Assembly: GCA_016778045.1 (NCBI GenBank) | Contig: JADHQG010000001.1 | Span: 1 to 58,172, forward strand | DNA length: 58,172 nt | Direction: 5' to 3' | Origin: Luminiphilus sp. | Lineage (GTDB): Bacteria > Pseudomonadota > Gammaproteobacteria > Pseudomonadales > Halieaceae | Shown here: in pieces, positions 25,338 to 36,560 of the stretch | How the letters are laid out: every line of letters starts with the position of its first letter | Numbering within the stretch: the stretch's first letter is position 1 | Program-made: the position numbers and the translations under genes | Notes under the pieces: generated by a model | The model's input: only the letters and a program-made list of their open reading frames with translations | Told to the model about the DNA's origin: nothing | Database searches by the model: none

Positions 25338-27962
25338 TCAGAAGCCTCTACCCAGCGTGAACTGGAAGACCTCTCTTTCATCGATTGGGCTGGCATTGAG
25401 CGGCTTTGCCAGACTAAACGTCAGCGGGCCGAAGCCTGACAGCCAAGTAATACCAATGCCAACAGAGTACCGTAATTCCCCTGCATCGATACCAAAACAA
25501 TTCACCTGATTTTCACGGCAATTTGTATTGAAAACGTTACCCACGTCAAAAAACAGCGCCGATCTCAGCGAGCTGCGATCTTTGATGAAAGGCATGGGGA
25601 ATAGCACCTCGGCACTACCTTCAATTAGGACATTGCCCCCAAAAGGATCGGGCTCGTTATAGAACTGCTGAACAGGAATCTTGCCCGTCGCCGCATCAAC
25701 GGCATAGCCATAACCACGCCCGTCTGGACCACCAAACTCAGTGGGTCGTCCATTTTCGTCTATGCCTGTCACAGCCGTGTTGGCCGAGTAGACTGAAGGT
25801 GGTGTGGATCGAGGTCCCAGCGTGTTCGCCTCATAGCCCCGTACCGAACCGAAACCACCGGCAAAGAAGTGCTCATAGAAGGGCAATTCGCTGGTCGCGC
25901 CGTAGCCATCGCCGTAACCCACCTCTCCACGCAGGTGCAGCGTGAACTCGCCAAACAAAGGGAAGTAAACTTCTCCTCGATAATTTAGCTTGTAAAACTC
26001 GAGGTCCGATAAGGGCACTGCCACTTCCAGCGACAATGATTGCGACGCACCGCGGGTCGCGAGCTGGCCTCGATTCAGCGTGGATTGCAACCAGCTCGCA
26101 GTCAAGCTCCAGTTCAAGTACTGATCACCGTTCAAATCCAAAAATCCGGCATTGCTCGGTGGCGAGAGCACAGACAGGGGAATCGTATCGATAGGCTGCA
26201 GCACCTCAGGCGCCGAGTAGGTGCCGTCACGCTGTAGTGTCGAGTAGTACCAATACTCGATCTCTGGCGCCAACCGCGGACTGGCGGCTATTTCCTGCAC
26301 CGCGTACTGGCCAGATGTGATTTTGGTATCGGTCACACCCAGCGAGAAGCCCAAGCGTTGGGTTTCGCTAATGGGATAGCCAAAGTTCATGCTGCCACCC
26401 CAGGTGTCGGTGGTGTAGCTCGCGACGTTGATTTTTGACAGATCCGTTTTGCGATAAAAGATGCCGAATCCGCGGCTGACCCCATCTTCTGTGAAGAACG
26501 GGTTGGTGTAATTGAAACTGATCACATCCTGGTAGCGCGACGAGTTGAGCGACACCCCAACCCTGCGTCCAGTACCCAAAAAATTATTCTGCTGCAGGTT
26601 GAGGCCCAAAATCAGTCCCGCGTCCTGTGCATAGCCCAGACTGCCGCCTATCGAACCGAAAGATTGCTCCTCTACGGCAAAGTTCACGTCAATCAGGTCA
26701 TCCGAGCCCGGTACCTCTGCTGTCTCGACCTGGGCAGTTTTAAAGAAGCCCAATCGCTCCAACCTGATGCGCGATTGTTCAATGGCGGCGGCCGAAGCAG
26801 GTGCCGATTCCATTTGCCGCATTTCCCTGCGCAACACGTCGTCCATCGTGGTCATGTTGCCCGCAAAGTTGATGCGGCGAACATAGGTGCGCTTGCCAGG
26901 GTCAATGAAAAATTTCATGACCACCGTATTGCTGTCTTCATCGATCTCAGGCATGCCCGTGACTTTGGCGAAGTTATAACCCTCGTTCCCCAACCTCCGG
27001 GTCAGGTAGTCCTCGGTAGCGGTCACCAGCTGCTGGGAGTACACCTGTTCAGGTTGCACGATGAGAAAACGGTTCAGATCCTCCTCAGGGAGCACCAGAT
27101 CACCGCTCAACCCCACCTCGCTAATGGTAAATCGATCGCCCTCAGTGACATTGGCTGTAATGTAGACCTCTTCCTTGTCCGGCGAGACGGCCACCTGAGT
27201 CGAATCGATATTGAACTGCAGGTATCCGCGATCCAGGTAATAAGATGACAGGGACTCCAGATCAGAGGTCAGCTTTTCCTTGGAGTATTTGTTGTCGCTG
27301 GTAAAGAATGAGAACCAGCCGCCCGTTTTCAATTCAAAGAGATCCAGCAAATCTTCGTCTGAGAAAATGCTGTTACCGACCACATTGATGTGCTGGATGG
27401 TCGCAACGGTCCCCTCGTTAACATCAATCGCGATCGATACCCGATTACGTGGCTCGGCAATCACCTCTGAATCAATGGTCGCGTCATACCGTCCCTGCAG
27501 GACATACTGTCGCTGAAGTTCCAACTGCATGCCTTCGAGGGTGGATCGCTGGAACACCTGTCCCACGGCCAAACCCGCGCCTTTGAGACCATCAAGCAAG
27601 GCCTCTGTTTCAATGGCCTTGTTACCGTCGATTGTGATCTCGCTGATGCTGGGCCGCTCGGCGACGATCACCACGAGGACACCACCGTCTCTCGCCATGG
27701 AGATATCATCGAAGTTACCCGAGGCAAACAAACTCTTCGCGGCAGCGCGGACTACCAGCGTATCGACCGCATCTCCAACGCCCACGGGCAGCGCTGCAAA
27801 GACACTACCGGGCGAGATTCGCTGCAACCCTTCGATGCGGATGTCCTGAATCACAAAGGGTTCAATTTGAGCAAAAGCGGGTCGCCACAGACTCAGCAAA
27901 GCCAGTAACATCGCTACGCCGAGGCGAACGCTCCGCGGTCTTTTTACGTCTATTGGGGACAT
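25338..27962 (-). CDS. bamA: Outer membrane protein assembly factor BamA
   Basis: DIRIEGLQRI, POTRA domains, VRGY, terminal FQFTLGRGF. Confidence 0.98.
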   Translation of the reverse strand: MSPIDVKRPRSVRLGVAMLLALLSLWRPAFAQIEPFVIQDIRIEGLQRISPGSVFAALPVGVGDAVDTLVVRAAAKSLFASGNFDDISMARDGGVLVVIVAERPSISEITIDGNKAIETEALLDGLKGAGLAVGQVFQRSTLEGMQLELQRQYVLQGRYDATIDSEVIAEPRNRVSIAIDVNEGTVATIQHINVVGNSIFSDEDLLDLFELKTGGWFSFFTSDNKYSKEKLTSDLESLSSYYLDRGYLQFNIDSTQVAVSPDKEEVYITANVTEGDRFTISEVGLSGDLVLPEEDLNRFLIVQPEQVYSQQLVTATEDYLTRRLGNEGYNFAKVTGMPEIDEDSNTVVMKFFIDPGKRTYVRRINFAGNMTTMDDVLRREMRQMESAPASAAAIEQSRIRLERLGFFKTAQVETAEVPGSDDLIDVNFAVEEQSFGSIGGSLGYAQDAGLILGLNLQQNNFLGTGRRVGVSLNSSRYQDVISFNYTNPFFTEDGVSRGFGIFYRKTDLSKINVASYTTDTWGGSMNFGYPISETQRLGFSLGVTDTKITSGQYAVQEIAASPRLAPEIEYWYYSTLQRDGTYSAPEVLQPIDTIPLSVLSPPSNAGFLDLNGDQYLNWSLTASWLQSTLNRGQLATRGASQSLSLEVAVPLSDLEFYKLNYRGEVYFPLFGEFTLHLRGEVGYGDGYGATSELPFYEHFFAGGFGSVRGYEANTLGPRSTPPSVYSANTAVTGIDENGRPTEFGGPDGRGYGYAVDAATGKIPVQQFYNEPDPFGGNVLIEGSAEVLFPMPFIKDRSSLRSALFFDVGNVFNTNCRENQVNCFGIDAGELRYSVGIGITWLSGFGPLTFSLAKPLNASPIDEREVFQFTLGRGF

Positions 27963-28074
27963 ACCGTTTCTTATAAAAGCCTATTTGCCTGCCGTCGCGA
28001 GAGTAACGATTCGCCCAAAAGCAACGGCTTTTCGGTGCGTCCGCGGGAGCGCACCTTCAGACCGTTTGACGTCA

Positions 28075-29430
28075 TCAGAGTTTTGCCACGTCATTATACA
28101 GAGCAAACACCATGATGCTTAGCACCAGCGCCACCCCAACCTGATAACCCACCATCTGAACGCGCTCAGGCAACGGCTTACCCAGCAACGCTTCGAAGGC
28201 ACAAAAAACGATGGCACCACCGTCGAGCACCGGAATCGGCAGTAAATTCAGGGCCCCCAACGACACGCTCAGCAACGCTAAAAATCCAAACCATGCGGCC
28301 CATCCGGATTCGGCTGTCGACGCAGCCACCTGTGCAATCGTAATGGGGCCAGAGAGGTTGCTTGGCGAAATCAGCCCCTGAAGCATTCTCAGAATCGATT
28401 TGAACGTAAATACCACCAAGTCGGCCGTGCGCGTCACAGCAGCCACCAAAGCATCGACGGGGCCACGCTCAAAAAATCGCTGTTGAGAGGCGGGTATTTC
28501 CGGTAGTTGCACCGACATACCGACAGAGCCGATTCGCTCGCCCTCAGAGATCAGCGCCGCGGGTGTCACACTCAGGCCCTGTCTGGTCCCGCTTCGCTCC
28601 ACCACCACATCAATCGACTGATCCGGCCGTGCTCGCACATAAACCACCCAATCCATCCACAGATCAATCGCTTGTCCGTCTGCCTCAAGAATCAAGTCCC
28701 CGACTTCAAAACCTGCGGCGATGGCCCTGCCCTCTTCGGAGAGCCCCCCGACCAGCGGTAGGACCGGAGGCGTCTTAACCGTAATACCTAGTGCATCCAG
28801 TAAGTTAGGTTGTTCGGCACCCTTGAGCCATTGATCGAGTGTTACCTCGGATCTGAGCAGCATATCCGAACCGGGCCGACTCACCGCGAGTTTCAGCGCG
28901 CCCGAGTCGCCCAACCGCTCCAGCAGGGCAAAATTGACCGCCGCCAACGTCGGCGTTGGACGGCCGTCGATTTCGCGGATCTCCTGCCCCGACTGCAGTC
29001 CAGCCTGTTCGGCCAGCGAGGCTGGGACCACGGTAGCGATCTCAGGGACAATGCCCATTTCTCCGCGCAGAAATAAACCCCACAGCACGACAATGGCCAA
29101 TAAGAAATTAGCCAGCGGGCCGGCCGCTGCGATGGCCATCCGGTAGCCCACTGACTGCCTGCTGTGCGCTCTCGACAGGTCAGCTTCATCTAACTCAGGG
29201 TCGTGCTCGTCAGCCATTCGCACGTAGCCCCCCAGCGGAATCGCCGCCAGAACGTACTCTGTGTCGTCCGCACCCCGCCATCGCAGCAAGGGGCGGCCGA
29301 ATCCAATTGAGAACCTCAGCACCTTTACGCCTGCGCGGCGCGCCATCCAGAAATGACCGTACTCGTGAATGCCCACCACGACCGCAAACGTGGCCAGCGT
29401 GACAATAATGGTCTGCGCCAGATCGATCAT
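28075..29430 (-). CDS. rseP: RIP metalloprotease RseP
   Basis: HEYGH, two PDZ domains, NLLPIPVLDGG. Confidence 0.97.
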   Translation of the reverse strand: MIDLAQTIIVTLATFAVVVGIHEYGHFWMARRAGVKVLRFSIGFGRPLLRWRGADDTEYVLAAIPLGGYVRMADEHDPELDEADLSRAHSRQSVGYRMAIAAAGPLANFLLAIVVLWGLFLRGEMGIVPEIATVVPASLAEQAGLQSGQEIREIDGRPTPTLAAVNFALLERLGDSGALKLAVSRPGSDMLLRSEVTLDQWLKGAEQPNLLDALGITVKTPPVLPLVGGLSEEGRAIAAGFEVGDLILEADGQAIDLWMDWVVYVRARPDQSIDVVVERSGTRQGLSVTPAALISEGERIGSVGMSVQLPEIPASQQRFFERGPVDALVAAVTRTADLVVFTFKSILRMLQGLISPSNLSGPITIAQVAASTAESGWAAWFGFLALLSVSLGALNLLPIPVLDGGAIVFCAFEALLGKPLPERVQMVGYQVGVALVLSIMVFALYNDVAKL

Positions 29431-29439
29431 TTCAAATCC

Positions 29440-30627
29440 TCAAGCAGCACCGGGAGGGTTATCTGCCAAAACAGCGGCTCGCGCATGAACTCTTGCCAGT
29501 TGATCCAGTGCTTGGACCGCGTCGAGTGTCTCAGGTTCCGCCAAATCGATCGATTGCAAGGCGCCATCAATCACCCTATCGATGTCGGTAAAGCGAATCT
29601 CGCCCGCTAAAAATGCGGCTACCGCGACTTCATTGGCCGCACTGAATACGCACATCCCGCCCGGGCGTGCGATAGCCCATTGGGCCAGCGCCAAACAAGG
29701 GAAGGCCTGCAGGTCCGGCGCCTCGAAGTCGAGCCGCCCTGCCGTCACCATATCCAGAGGCTCCACCCCCGCATCAACTCGCTGCGGCCAAGCCAGACAG
29801 TAGGCAATCGGCGTGCGCATGTCGGGCTGCCCCAGCTGAGCCAGGACAGATCCATCGCAATAACGAATCATAGAGTGCACGAGGCTTTGCGGGTGCACCA
29901 CAATCTCGATCTGCTCGGGTGTTCGATTGAATAACCAGCATGCCTCCGCCAGCTCCAGACCTTTGTTGGCTAGCGTCGCCGAGTCGACCGAAATCTTTTG
30001 ACCCATTGACCAATTCGGATGCGCGCAGGCCTCCTCGGGTGTCACGGAGTCCAATGAATCCCGCGACCGACCTCGAAACGGCCCGCCGGACGCCGTCAGG
30101 ATCATTTTCTCAACGTTCGCCATATCGGGCAGACCATTGCTGTCAACCGGCAAGCACTGGTGCATGGCGTTGTGCTCGCTATCCACAGGTAGCAACGTCG
30201 CGCCGCCCTGTCTCACAGCCTCCATGAATAACCCGCCTGCACTGACCAGCGCTTCTTTGTTGGCCAACAAAATGACTTTGCCCGCTCTCGCGGCGCTCAG
30301 GGTAGGACGCAACCCAGCGAACCCGACGATGCCCGCAACAACGGTGTCGACATCGGATTGAGCAACGAGGTCGTCGAGGGCCTCGGCGTCAGAAAATACC
30401 TTTACCGAGGGCAGATCCGCCAATTCTTCAGAGAGCTGACTAGCTGCATCAGGATCAGTCATGACGGCATAATCAGGTTGATGCTGCCGACATAATGCAG
30501 CCAACTGCTCTACCGACCGGTGCGCAGATAACACCGTCGCCTTATAGCGATCAGGATGGCGCTGAATGACATCCAAAGTGGACTGCCCTATTGACCCCGT
30601 TGCACCCAGTACCGCTACTCGCCGCAC
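29440..30627 (-). CDS. dxr: 1-deoxy-D-xylulose-5-phosphate reductoisomerase
   Basis: LGATGSIG, LANKE, PVDSEH, HPNWSMGQKISVDSAT. Confidence 0.98.
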   Translation of the reverse strand: MRRVAVLGATGSIGQSTLDVIQRHPDRYKATVLSAHRSVEQLAALCRQHQPDYAVMTDPDAASQLSEELADLPSVKVFSDAEALDDLVAQSDVDTVVAGIVGFAGLRPTLSAARAGKVILLANKEALVSAGGLFMEAVRQGGATLLPVDSEHNAMHQCLPVDSNGLPDMANVEKMILTASGGPFRGRSRDSLDSVTPEEACAHPNWSMGQKISVDSATLANKGLELAEACWLFNRTPEQIEIVVHPQSLVHSMIRYCDGSVLAQLGQPDMRTPIAYCLAWPQRVDAGVEPLDMVTAGRLDFEAPDLQAFPCLALAQWAIARPGGMCVFSAANEVAVAAFLAGEIRFTDIDRVIDGALQSIDLAEPETLDAVQALDQLARVHARAAVLADNPPGAA

Positions 30628-30630
30628 GGC

Positions 30631-31467
30631 TCAGTACCCCACCAAGAGCAGGCCGAGCGTGAAAACGGGTGCCGCGCCGCAGATACTGTCCAGCCGGTCC
30701 AATATTCCGCCGTGACCCGGCAACAATGACCCAGAGTCTTTCAGTCCGACCTCTCGCTTGAGCAAACTGACCGTCAAGTCACCCACTACCGAAGCACCGG
30801 CCGTCGCCAGCGCCACTGCCAACAACGAGCCGAGCCCGAGATGCAGATGCGATGGCGGGAGGTTGTACCAAAGCAACACGGCCATAGCGGCGACGCAAAG
30901 CATGCCCCCCCAGAACCCTTCCCAGGTTTTTGCGGGGCTGATGGCCGCCGCCAGTGCATGCTGTCCAAAGCGACGCCCCGCAAAATAGGCGCCGACATCC
31001 GCCGCCGCCACCGTCAGAATGAGGAAAAAAATCACCAGCGGGCCGTTATCCAAGGTCAGACAGACCACAACGGCAAACCACGTTGCCGACAAGATCAGCC
31101 ACCCCATGAGGGCGCGGACCCCGGCCCGACCCCATAACCACTTGCCAGCGGGATAGGACTTCAATCCCAGTAACATGGCTGACCACAGCAATGCGCTGGC
31201 CGCCAGAAGGGGTTGCATTGCGATCTTCGACTGATGTCCAGCGAGACCCATGCTTTCCCATAGCCCGAAGCACGCCAACCCTAGCGGCAAAACAAAAGCG
31301 AGGCGCTGTGTAGAGGTTCGCGCGCCGACCAATGCACCCCACTCCCAGGCGCCCGCACAGGCAACCAGGCCAAACAAGACAGCCTGCACCTCATACGGCG
31401 CATACAGGAGGGTCGCAATGAGTGCTCCCGCAAGGATCAGTGCTGTCGTCACTCGTTGCCGGAGCAT
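30631..31467 (-). CDS. cdsA: Phosphatidate cytidylyltransferase
   Basis: ISPAKTWEG, KDSGSLLPGHGGILDRLDS. Confidence 0.97.
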   Translation of the reverse strand: MLRQRVTTALILAGALIATLLYAPYEVQAVLFGLVACAGAWEWGALVGARTSTQRLAFVLPLGLACFGLWESMGLAGHQSKIAMQPLLAASALLWSAMLLGLKSYPAGKWLWGRAGVRALMGWLILSATWFAVVVCLTLDNGPLVIFFLILTVAAADVGAYFAGRRFGQHALAAAISPAKTWEGFWGGMLCVAAMAVLLWYNLPPSHLHLGLGSLLAVALATAGASVVGDLTVSLLKREVGLKDSGSLLPGHGGILDRLDSICGAAPVFTLGLLLVGY

Positions 31468-31487
31468 GGTGTCGGTTCCCGATCTTC

Positions 31488-32228
31488 TCAGTATTGATGC
31501 AGTAGCGGCCGAACTCCGAAACGACGTTCTCTCACGGCATAATCAGCTAATGCCAAGTCCAATACTGTCTCGTCAAAGTCTGGCCATAGTACCTCGGTAA
31601 ACCAGAACTCCGCATACGCAAATTGCCAGAGAAGAAAGTTCGAGATGCGCGTCTCCCCAGCTGTCCTGATACATAAATCTGGGTCCGGCAAATCCGCCGT
31701 GGCCAGTCTCGCCGAGATAACATCTTCATCGATGGCGTCGGGGTCTAAGCGCCCGGCGGCGACATCGTGCGCGATGGAGCGGGTCACCTCAGCAACGTCC
31801 CAACGACCGCCGTAATCCAGCGCCAACGTCAGTGTCGCCCGATCACCACAGGCCGTTGCCGCTTCCACTTTGGCGATCAGTCGCTGAATTCGCGGACTAA
31901 AGCGGTCGCGGCGCCCAATCACCCGCAACCGCACACCGTCTGATATCAGCTTGCTCACTTCATTGCGCAGATAACGCGATAACAGCGCCAGCAAGGCCCG
32001 CACCTCGGTCCGGGGTCTGCCCCAGTTTTCACTGGAAAAAGCAAATAAGGTTAAGTAGCGAATGCCACGAGATTCGCAAGCGGACACAATTTCGCGGACG
32101 ACTTCAGCGCCCGCCCGATGTCCCGCAACGCCCGGGTAGCCCTCGCGTCGGGCCCATCGATTGTTGCCATCCATAATAATGGCAAGGTGTCTCGGTACGG
32201 AGCGAAGTTGAATCTCTGAGGCTTGCAA
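31488..32228 (-). CDS. uppS: Undecaprenyl diphosphate synthase (start approximate)
   Basis: HLAIIMDGNNRWA, FSSENW, RISNFLLWQ. Confidence 0.97.
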   Translation of the reverse strand: MQASEIQLRSVPRHLAIIMDGNNRWARREGYPGVAGHRAGAEVVREIVSACESRGIRYLTLFAFSSENWGRPRTEVRALLALLSRYLRNEVSKLISDGVRLRVIGRRDRFSPRIQRLIAKVEAATACGDRATLTLALDYGGRWDVAEVTRSIAHDVAAGRLDPDAIDEDVISARLATADLPDPDLCIRTAGETRISNFLLWQFAYAEFWFTEVLWPDFDETVLDLALADYAVRERRFGVRPLLHQY

Positions 32229-32246
32229 GGACTCGACTACCTAAAT

Positions 32247-32804
32247 TCAAATGGCCATGAGGTCGGTTTCTTTGACACCCAGCGCCGCCTCCACCTTAGC
32301 CACGTAGTCGTCGGTCAGCTTCTGGATCGCGTCTTGACCCCGACGCTCCTCGTCCTCAGAGATCTCCTTCTCTTTCAACAACTCCTTCAGCATGCCCAGA
32401 CCGTCCCGTCGAGCATTACGAACCGACACCCGAGCAGATTCGGCTTCACCGCGAGCCTGCTTGATGTAGCCTTTTCGGGTCTCCTCGGTCAGCACCGGCA
32501 TCGGAATACGAATCACATCTCCGGCCGTCGCCGGGTTAAGTCCGAGGTCCGACTTGAGGATTGCACGCTCAATATCGGGCGTGATGCCCTTGTCGAAAGC
32601 CACCACACTTAAGGTACGAGCATCTTCAATATTGATGTTGGCCAACTGATTGAGCGGCGTTTCAGCGCCGTAGTATTCAAGCCGAATGCTATCCAGCAAA
32701 CTCGGATGCGCGCGGCCGGTGCGGATTTTGTTGAAATTGTGCGAGAGCGCCTCGAGGGCTTTCCCCATGCGGTCCTCGGTGTCCTGCTTAATATCGTCAA
32801 TCAT
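32247..32804 (-). CDS. frr: Ribosome recycling factor
   Basis: [22 protein letters not shown]. Confidence 0.98.
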   Translation of the reverse strand: MIDDIKQDTEDRMGKALEALSHNFNKIRTGRAHPSLLDSIRLEYYGAETPLNQLANINIEDARTLSVVAFDKGITPDIERAILKSDLGLNPATAGDVIRIPMPVLTEETRKGYIKQARGEAESARVSVRNARRDGLGMLKELLKEKEISEDEERRGQDAIQKLTDDYVAKVEAALGVKETDLMAI

Positions 32805-32836
32805 TGCAATAATCCTGCTTCGCGATTCTGGGCCTT

Positions 32837-33556
32837 CTAGGCCTGAATCAGCGTTCCCTCGTCCCCGCCACGCACGATGCTCAGCAATGCACCTCGCTGA
32901 GACATGTTAAAGACGCGGACGGGCATATCATGGTCCCGAACCAGACAAATTGCAGTGAGGTCCATGACCCCAAGCTTCTTGTCCAGCACTTCGTCATAGG
33001 TCAGCTGGTCATACTTAACTGCGCTCGGGTCCGTCACGGGGTCTGCACTGTAGACGCCATCGACTTTGGTGGCCTTCAGCACGACATCGGCCTTAACTTC
33101 GATACCCCGCAGGCACGCCGAAGAGTCCGTAGTGAAGAAAGGGTTGCCCGTACCTGCAGCGAAAATCACGACATCTCCATTGGCGAGCGCACGGATCGCC
33201 TTACGCCGATCGTAATGCTCGACCACACCGCTCATCGGAATAGAGGACATCGCTTGGGTCGCGATGTTGGAGCGCTCCAGGGCATCGCGCAGTGCAAGAG
33301 CGTTCATTACGGTAGCGAGCATACCCATGTGGTCGCCTGTCACCCGGTCAAGGCCTGCCGCATTGAGAGCGGCCCCACGAAACAAGTTGCCGCCCCCGAC
33401 AACTAGGCCCACCTGAACGCCAATGCCGACCAGCTGGCCAATTTCCAGTGCTAATTGGTCCAGTATTTTAGGGTCAATGCCAAACGCTTCCTGACCAGTG
33501 AGGGCCTCGCCGCTCAGCTTGAGCAGAATGCGCTTATAGACTTTTTCTGCCGCCAT
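32837..33556 (-). CDS. pyrH: UMP kinase
   Basis: [27 protein letters not shown]. Confidence 0.99.
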   Translation of the reverse strand: MAAEKVYKRILLKLSGEALTGQEAFGIDPKILDQLALEIGQLVGIGVQVGLVVGGGNLFRGAALNAAGLDRVTGDHMGMLATVMNALALRDALERSNIATQAMSSIPMSGVVEHYDRRKAIRALANGDVVIFAAGTGNPFFTTDSSACLRGIEVKADVVLKATKVDGVYSADPVTDPSAVKYDQLTYDEVLDKKLGVMDLTAICLVRDHDMPVRVFNMSQRGALLSIVRGGDEGTLIQA

Positions 33557-33685
33557 TTATGCCCCTCTCGCGGTACAGCCTCGGTATGTCATGCTACCGG
33601 CGGCCGAACCTTTGTTCACACGGAAACCTTGGTGATTCTTCTGGTATGCCTCTCTCACTGACCGCCCTGCGGTCACACCAATGAC

Positions 33686-34543
33686 TCAGTTACCCAGCTG
33701 AGCAGCCACTTCGGCAGCGAAGTCGACTTTCTCCACCTCGATACCCTCGCCCACCTCGAAGCGAGTAAAGCCAACCACCTCCGCACCTGCGGCCGCGACC
33801 AACTTGCCCACGGTGGTATCGGGATCTTTAACAAACGCCTGCTCAGTCAAGCTATTCTCTGACAGGAACTTCCGAATCCGTCCGTCGATCATTTTTTCTA
33901 CGATTTCTGGTGGCTTGCCAGAATCCTGAGCCTGGGCAGCGTAAATCTCACGCTCCTTGGCCACCTGCTCCTCCGGCATATCAGCCGGGGAGACAACCTG
34001 CGGATTGACGGCCGCCACATGCATGGCCACGTCCCTAGCCAGCTCCTCAGAGCCGCCCTTTAACGCGACCAACACAGCGATGCGATTGTTACCGTGCACG
34101 TACCCACCGACGACACCTTCACTGGCGCGGTGGTTCACAACGCGGCGGACACTGATGTTCTCGCCAATCTTTTGCACCAGCGCCTGTCGGGCATCCTCTG
34201 TCTCACCGCCTGCCAGCGCCTCTACGTCACTGATCTGCCCTTCAAACGCTTTACCAACGACTGCGCTCACGAAGCCGAGAAAGTTCTCATCGCGCGCAAC
34301 GAAATCAGTCTCGCTGTTCACTTCCACCATGGCGCCAAAACTGCCGTCTGCCGCGGTCTGAATCGCCACAACGCCATCAGCGGCGGTGCGGCCCGCCTTC
34401 TTGGCTGCCTTCATGCCACTGGACTTACGCAACGCTTCGATCGCCGCGTCGATGTCACCTCCCGCTTCAGCGAGGGCTTTTTTGCACTCCAAAAGCCCCA
34501 ACCCGGTTCTCTCGCGCAGTTCCTTAACCAATGCCGCAGACAT
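33686..34543 (-). CDS. tsf: Elongation factor Ts
   Basis: [28 protein letters not shown]. Confidence 0.99.
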   Translation of the reverse strand: MSAALVKELRERTGLGLLECKKALAEAGGDIDAAIEALRKSSGMKAAKKAGRTAADGVVAIQTAADGSFGAMVEVNSETDFVARDENFLGFVSAVVGKAFEGQISDVEALAGGETEDARQALVQKIGENISVRRVVNHRASEGVVGGYVHGNNRIAVLVALKGGSEELARDVAMHVAAVNPQVVSPADMPEEQVAKEREIYAAQAQDSGKPPEIVEKMIDGRIRKFLSENSLTEQAFVKDPDTTVGKLVAAAGAEVVGFTRFEVGEGIEVEKVDFAAEVAAQLGN

Positions 34544-34631
34544 GCTCTTTCCTCATGAAGCCGCTTGTGAAGGCGGCAAAATAGTTGATGGTTCCGGGGT
34601 CACAGACCCCATAATCGTGCCGACAAGAATG

Positions 34632-35540
34632 TCAGGAGGCAGGCTTCTCTTCTGCGTCCTCGACTGTCTCTGCAGGGGCTGCTGACTCCGCCTCCACGCT
34701 GGCTTCAGCACTGTCATCAGCCGACGCGTCAGCGGGCTCAGGTGCGGCCGCTGCTGCCCCCGCCTCGGTAGTTTCTGCCGTTTCAGTGGCCTCTGGGGCA
34801 GCTTCTGCTTCCACCTCAGTCACCTCGACGAACTCATCAGCCGATACCACTTCTCCCGCTGCCGCTTTACCCGCCAGCACGGCGTCAGCCACCGCAGAGA
34901 CGTAAAGCTTGATCGCGCGGATCGCATCGTCGTTGCCGGGGATCACGTAATCAACACCATCTGGATCACTGTTGGTATCGACAATGCCGATAACCGGGAT
35001 GCCCAGCTTATTGGCTTCGGTCACCGCGATACGCTCGTGGTCGACATCCACGACAAAGAGCACATCGGGCAGCCCCGACATCTCTTTAATACCGCCAATG
35101 GACCGCTCGAGCTTTTCCTTCATGCGAGAGCGCATCAGCGCCTCTTTTTTGGTCAGCTTGGCGAAAGTGCCATCCCGCTCCTGCTCTTCAAGTTCACGTA
35201 AGCGCTTGATCGATGAGCGGATGGTTTTGTAGTTAGTGAGCATGCCGCCCAACCAACGATGGCTAACAAATGGCATGCCGCAGCGCCGCGCGTGCTCCTC
35301 GATGATCTTGCCGGCGGCACGCTTGGTACCCACGAACATGACCTGATTTTTATTCTCGGCGAGCCGCTTCACCGTATTCAGGGCGTCGTTGAACGCCGGC
35401 ACGGTGTGCTCGAGATTGATGATGTGAATTTTGTTTCGTGCCCCGAAGATGTAAGCATCCATCTTGGGGTTCCAGAAACGGGTTTGGTGTCCAAAGTGCG
35501 CACCTGCCTGCAGCAAGTCACGCATACTTACCTGCGTCAT
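34632..35540 (-). CDS. rpsB: 30S ribosomal protein S2 with long acidic tail
   Basis: [26 protein letters not shown]. Confidence 0.99.
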   Translation of the reverse strand: MTQVSMRDLLQAGAHFGHQTRFWNPKMDAYIFGARNKIHIINLEHTVPAFNDALNTVKRLAENKNQVMFVGTKRAAGKIIEEHARRCGMPFVSHRWLGGMLTNYKTIRSSIKRLRELEEQERDGTFAKLTKKEALMRSRMKEKLERSIGGIKEMSGLPDVLFVVDVDHERIAVTEANKLGIPVIGIVDTNSDPDGVDYVIPGNDDAIRAIKLYVSAVADAVLAGKAAAGEVVSADEFVEVTEVEAEAAPEATETAETTEAGAAAAAPEPADASADDSAEASVEAESAAPAETVEDAEEKPAS

Positions 35541-35558
35541 AGTCAAACTCTCTGTTTG

Positions 35559-35669
35559 GGTTAACCTTCCGCCCTATCCTGCGACTCCAACCGTAAACGG
35601 GCACCCGGGTCCGCACTGTTGATAGGGCGTGCTATTTGCCTTAGTTGGCGTTCTCGGATTGCTCCGAGG
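35559..35669 (-). ncRNA. rpsB 5' leader (t44 / S2 autoregulatory RNA)
   Basis: Stem CGCCCTATC/GATAGGGCG enclosing CCGGGTGCCC, followed by GGAAGGTTAACC; matches the conserved gammaproteobacterial rpsB leader as recalled. Confidence 0.85.
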
Positions 35670-35686
35670 GCGCGCTTTATACCACA
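35670..35686 (-). promoter_or_regulatory. rpsB extended -10 promoter with GC-rich discriminator
   Basis: TGTGGTATAAA-GCGCGC on the minus strand, the conserved rpsB promoter. Confidence 0.88.
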
Positions 35687-35777
35687 GCCGCAAGTACAGT
35701 AAAAGCACGTCCCCAAAGGGCCTCAGAGTCGGTTACACTCTCGCTCCTTCCCGATCCAATAGCCTCGGTAGGAGCTG

Positions 35778-36560
35778 ATGAGCACCGTCGCACCGAAAAC
35801 CCCCACCGAAATTGACGCGATGCGCGAAGCTGGGCGCCTCGCTGCAGAGGTGCTCGAGATGATCGGACCACAGGTCGATGTGGGCATGACAACCGGGGAA
35901 ATCGACCGCATCTGCCACGATCACATCGTAAACGTCCAAAAAGCGGTACCAGCGCCGCTCAACTACAAGGGCTTTCCGAAATCGATCTGCACCTCAGTGA
36001 ATGAAGTGATTTGCCACGGAATCCCGTCGGACAACAAGAAATTGCGCAACGGAGACATCATTAACATCGATGTTACCGTGATCAAAGACGGCTGGCACGG
36101 TGACACCAGCATCATGGTGGGCGTGGGTGATGTCGCGCCGCACGCAGAGCGTCTGATGCGTGTGACGCAGGAATGCTTGTATCAGGCGCTAGCGCTTGTG
36201 AAACCCGGGGCTTCCTTGGGTGATCTGGGCCATGTCATTCAGCAGCATGCTGAGTCCAACTATTATTCCGTCGTCAGGGAGTATTGTGGACATGGCATTG
36301 GTCAGGTTTTCCATGAAGAGCCGCAGGTGCTCCACTACGGCAAACCGGGCACTGGCCTGACGCTGGAGCCGGGCATGACCTTCACGGTGGAACCCATGAT
36401 CAACGCCGGCAAGCGCTACACCAAGTTGAATACGCGAGACGGCTGGACCGTGACCACGCGGGACGGCCGGCTGTCTGCACAGTGGGAGCACACCATCGTT
36501 GTCACGGATACGGGTTGCGAAGTGCTCACCCGGAGGCAGGATGAACACCTCCCCTTCTGA
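35778..36560 (+). CDS. map: Methionine aminopeptidase type I
   Basis: CTSVNEVICHGIP, GHGIG, EPMIN, SAQWEHT. Confidence 0.99.
   Translation: MSTVAPKTPTEIDAMREAGRLAAEVLEMIGPQVDVGMTTGEIDRICHDHIVNVQKAVPAPLNYKGFPKSICTSVNEVICHGIPSDNKKLRNGDIINIDVTVIKDGWHGDTSIMVGVGDVAPHAERLMRVTQECLYQALALVKPGASLGDLGHVIQQHAESNYYSVVREYCGHGIGQVFHEEPQVLHYGKPGTGLTLEPGMTFTVEPMINAGKRYTKLNTRDGWTVTTRDGRLSAQWEHTIVVTDTGCEVLTRRQDEHLPF

Noticed and set aside
33659-33675. Hairpin TGACCGC-CCT-GCGGTCA after tsf as a terminator
   Set aside because: No U-tract on the coding strand; at most a stability or processing hairpin.
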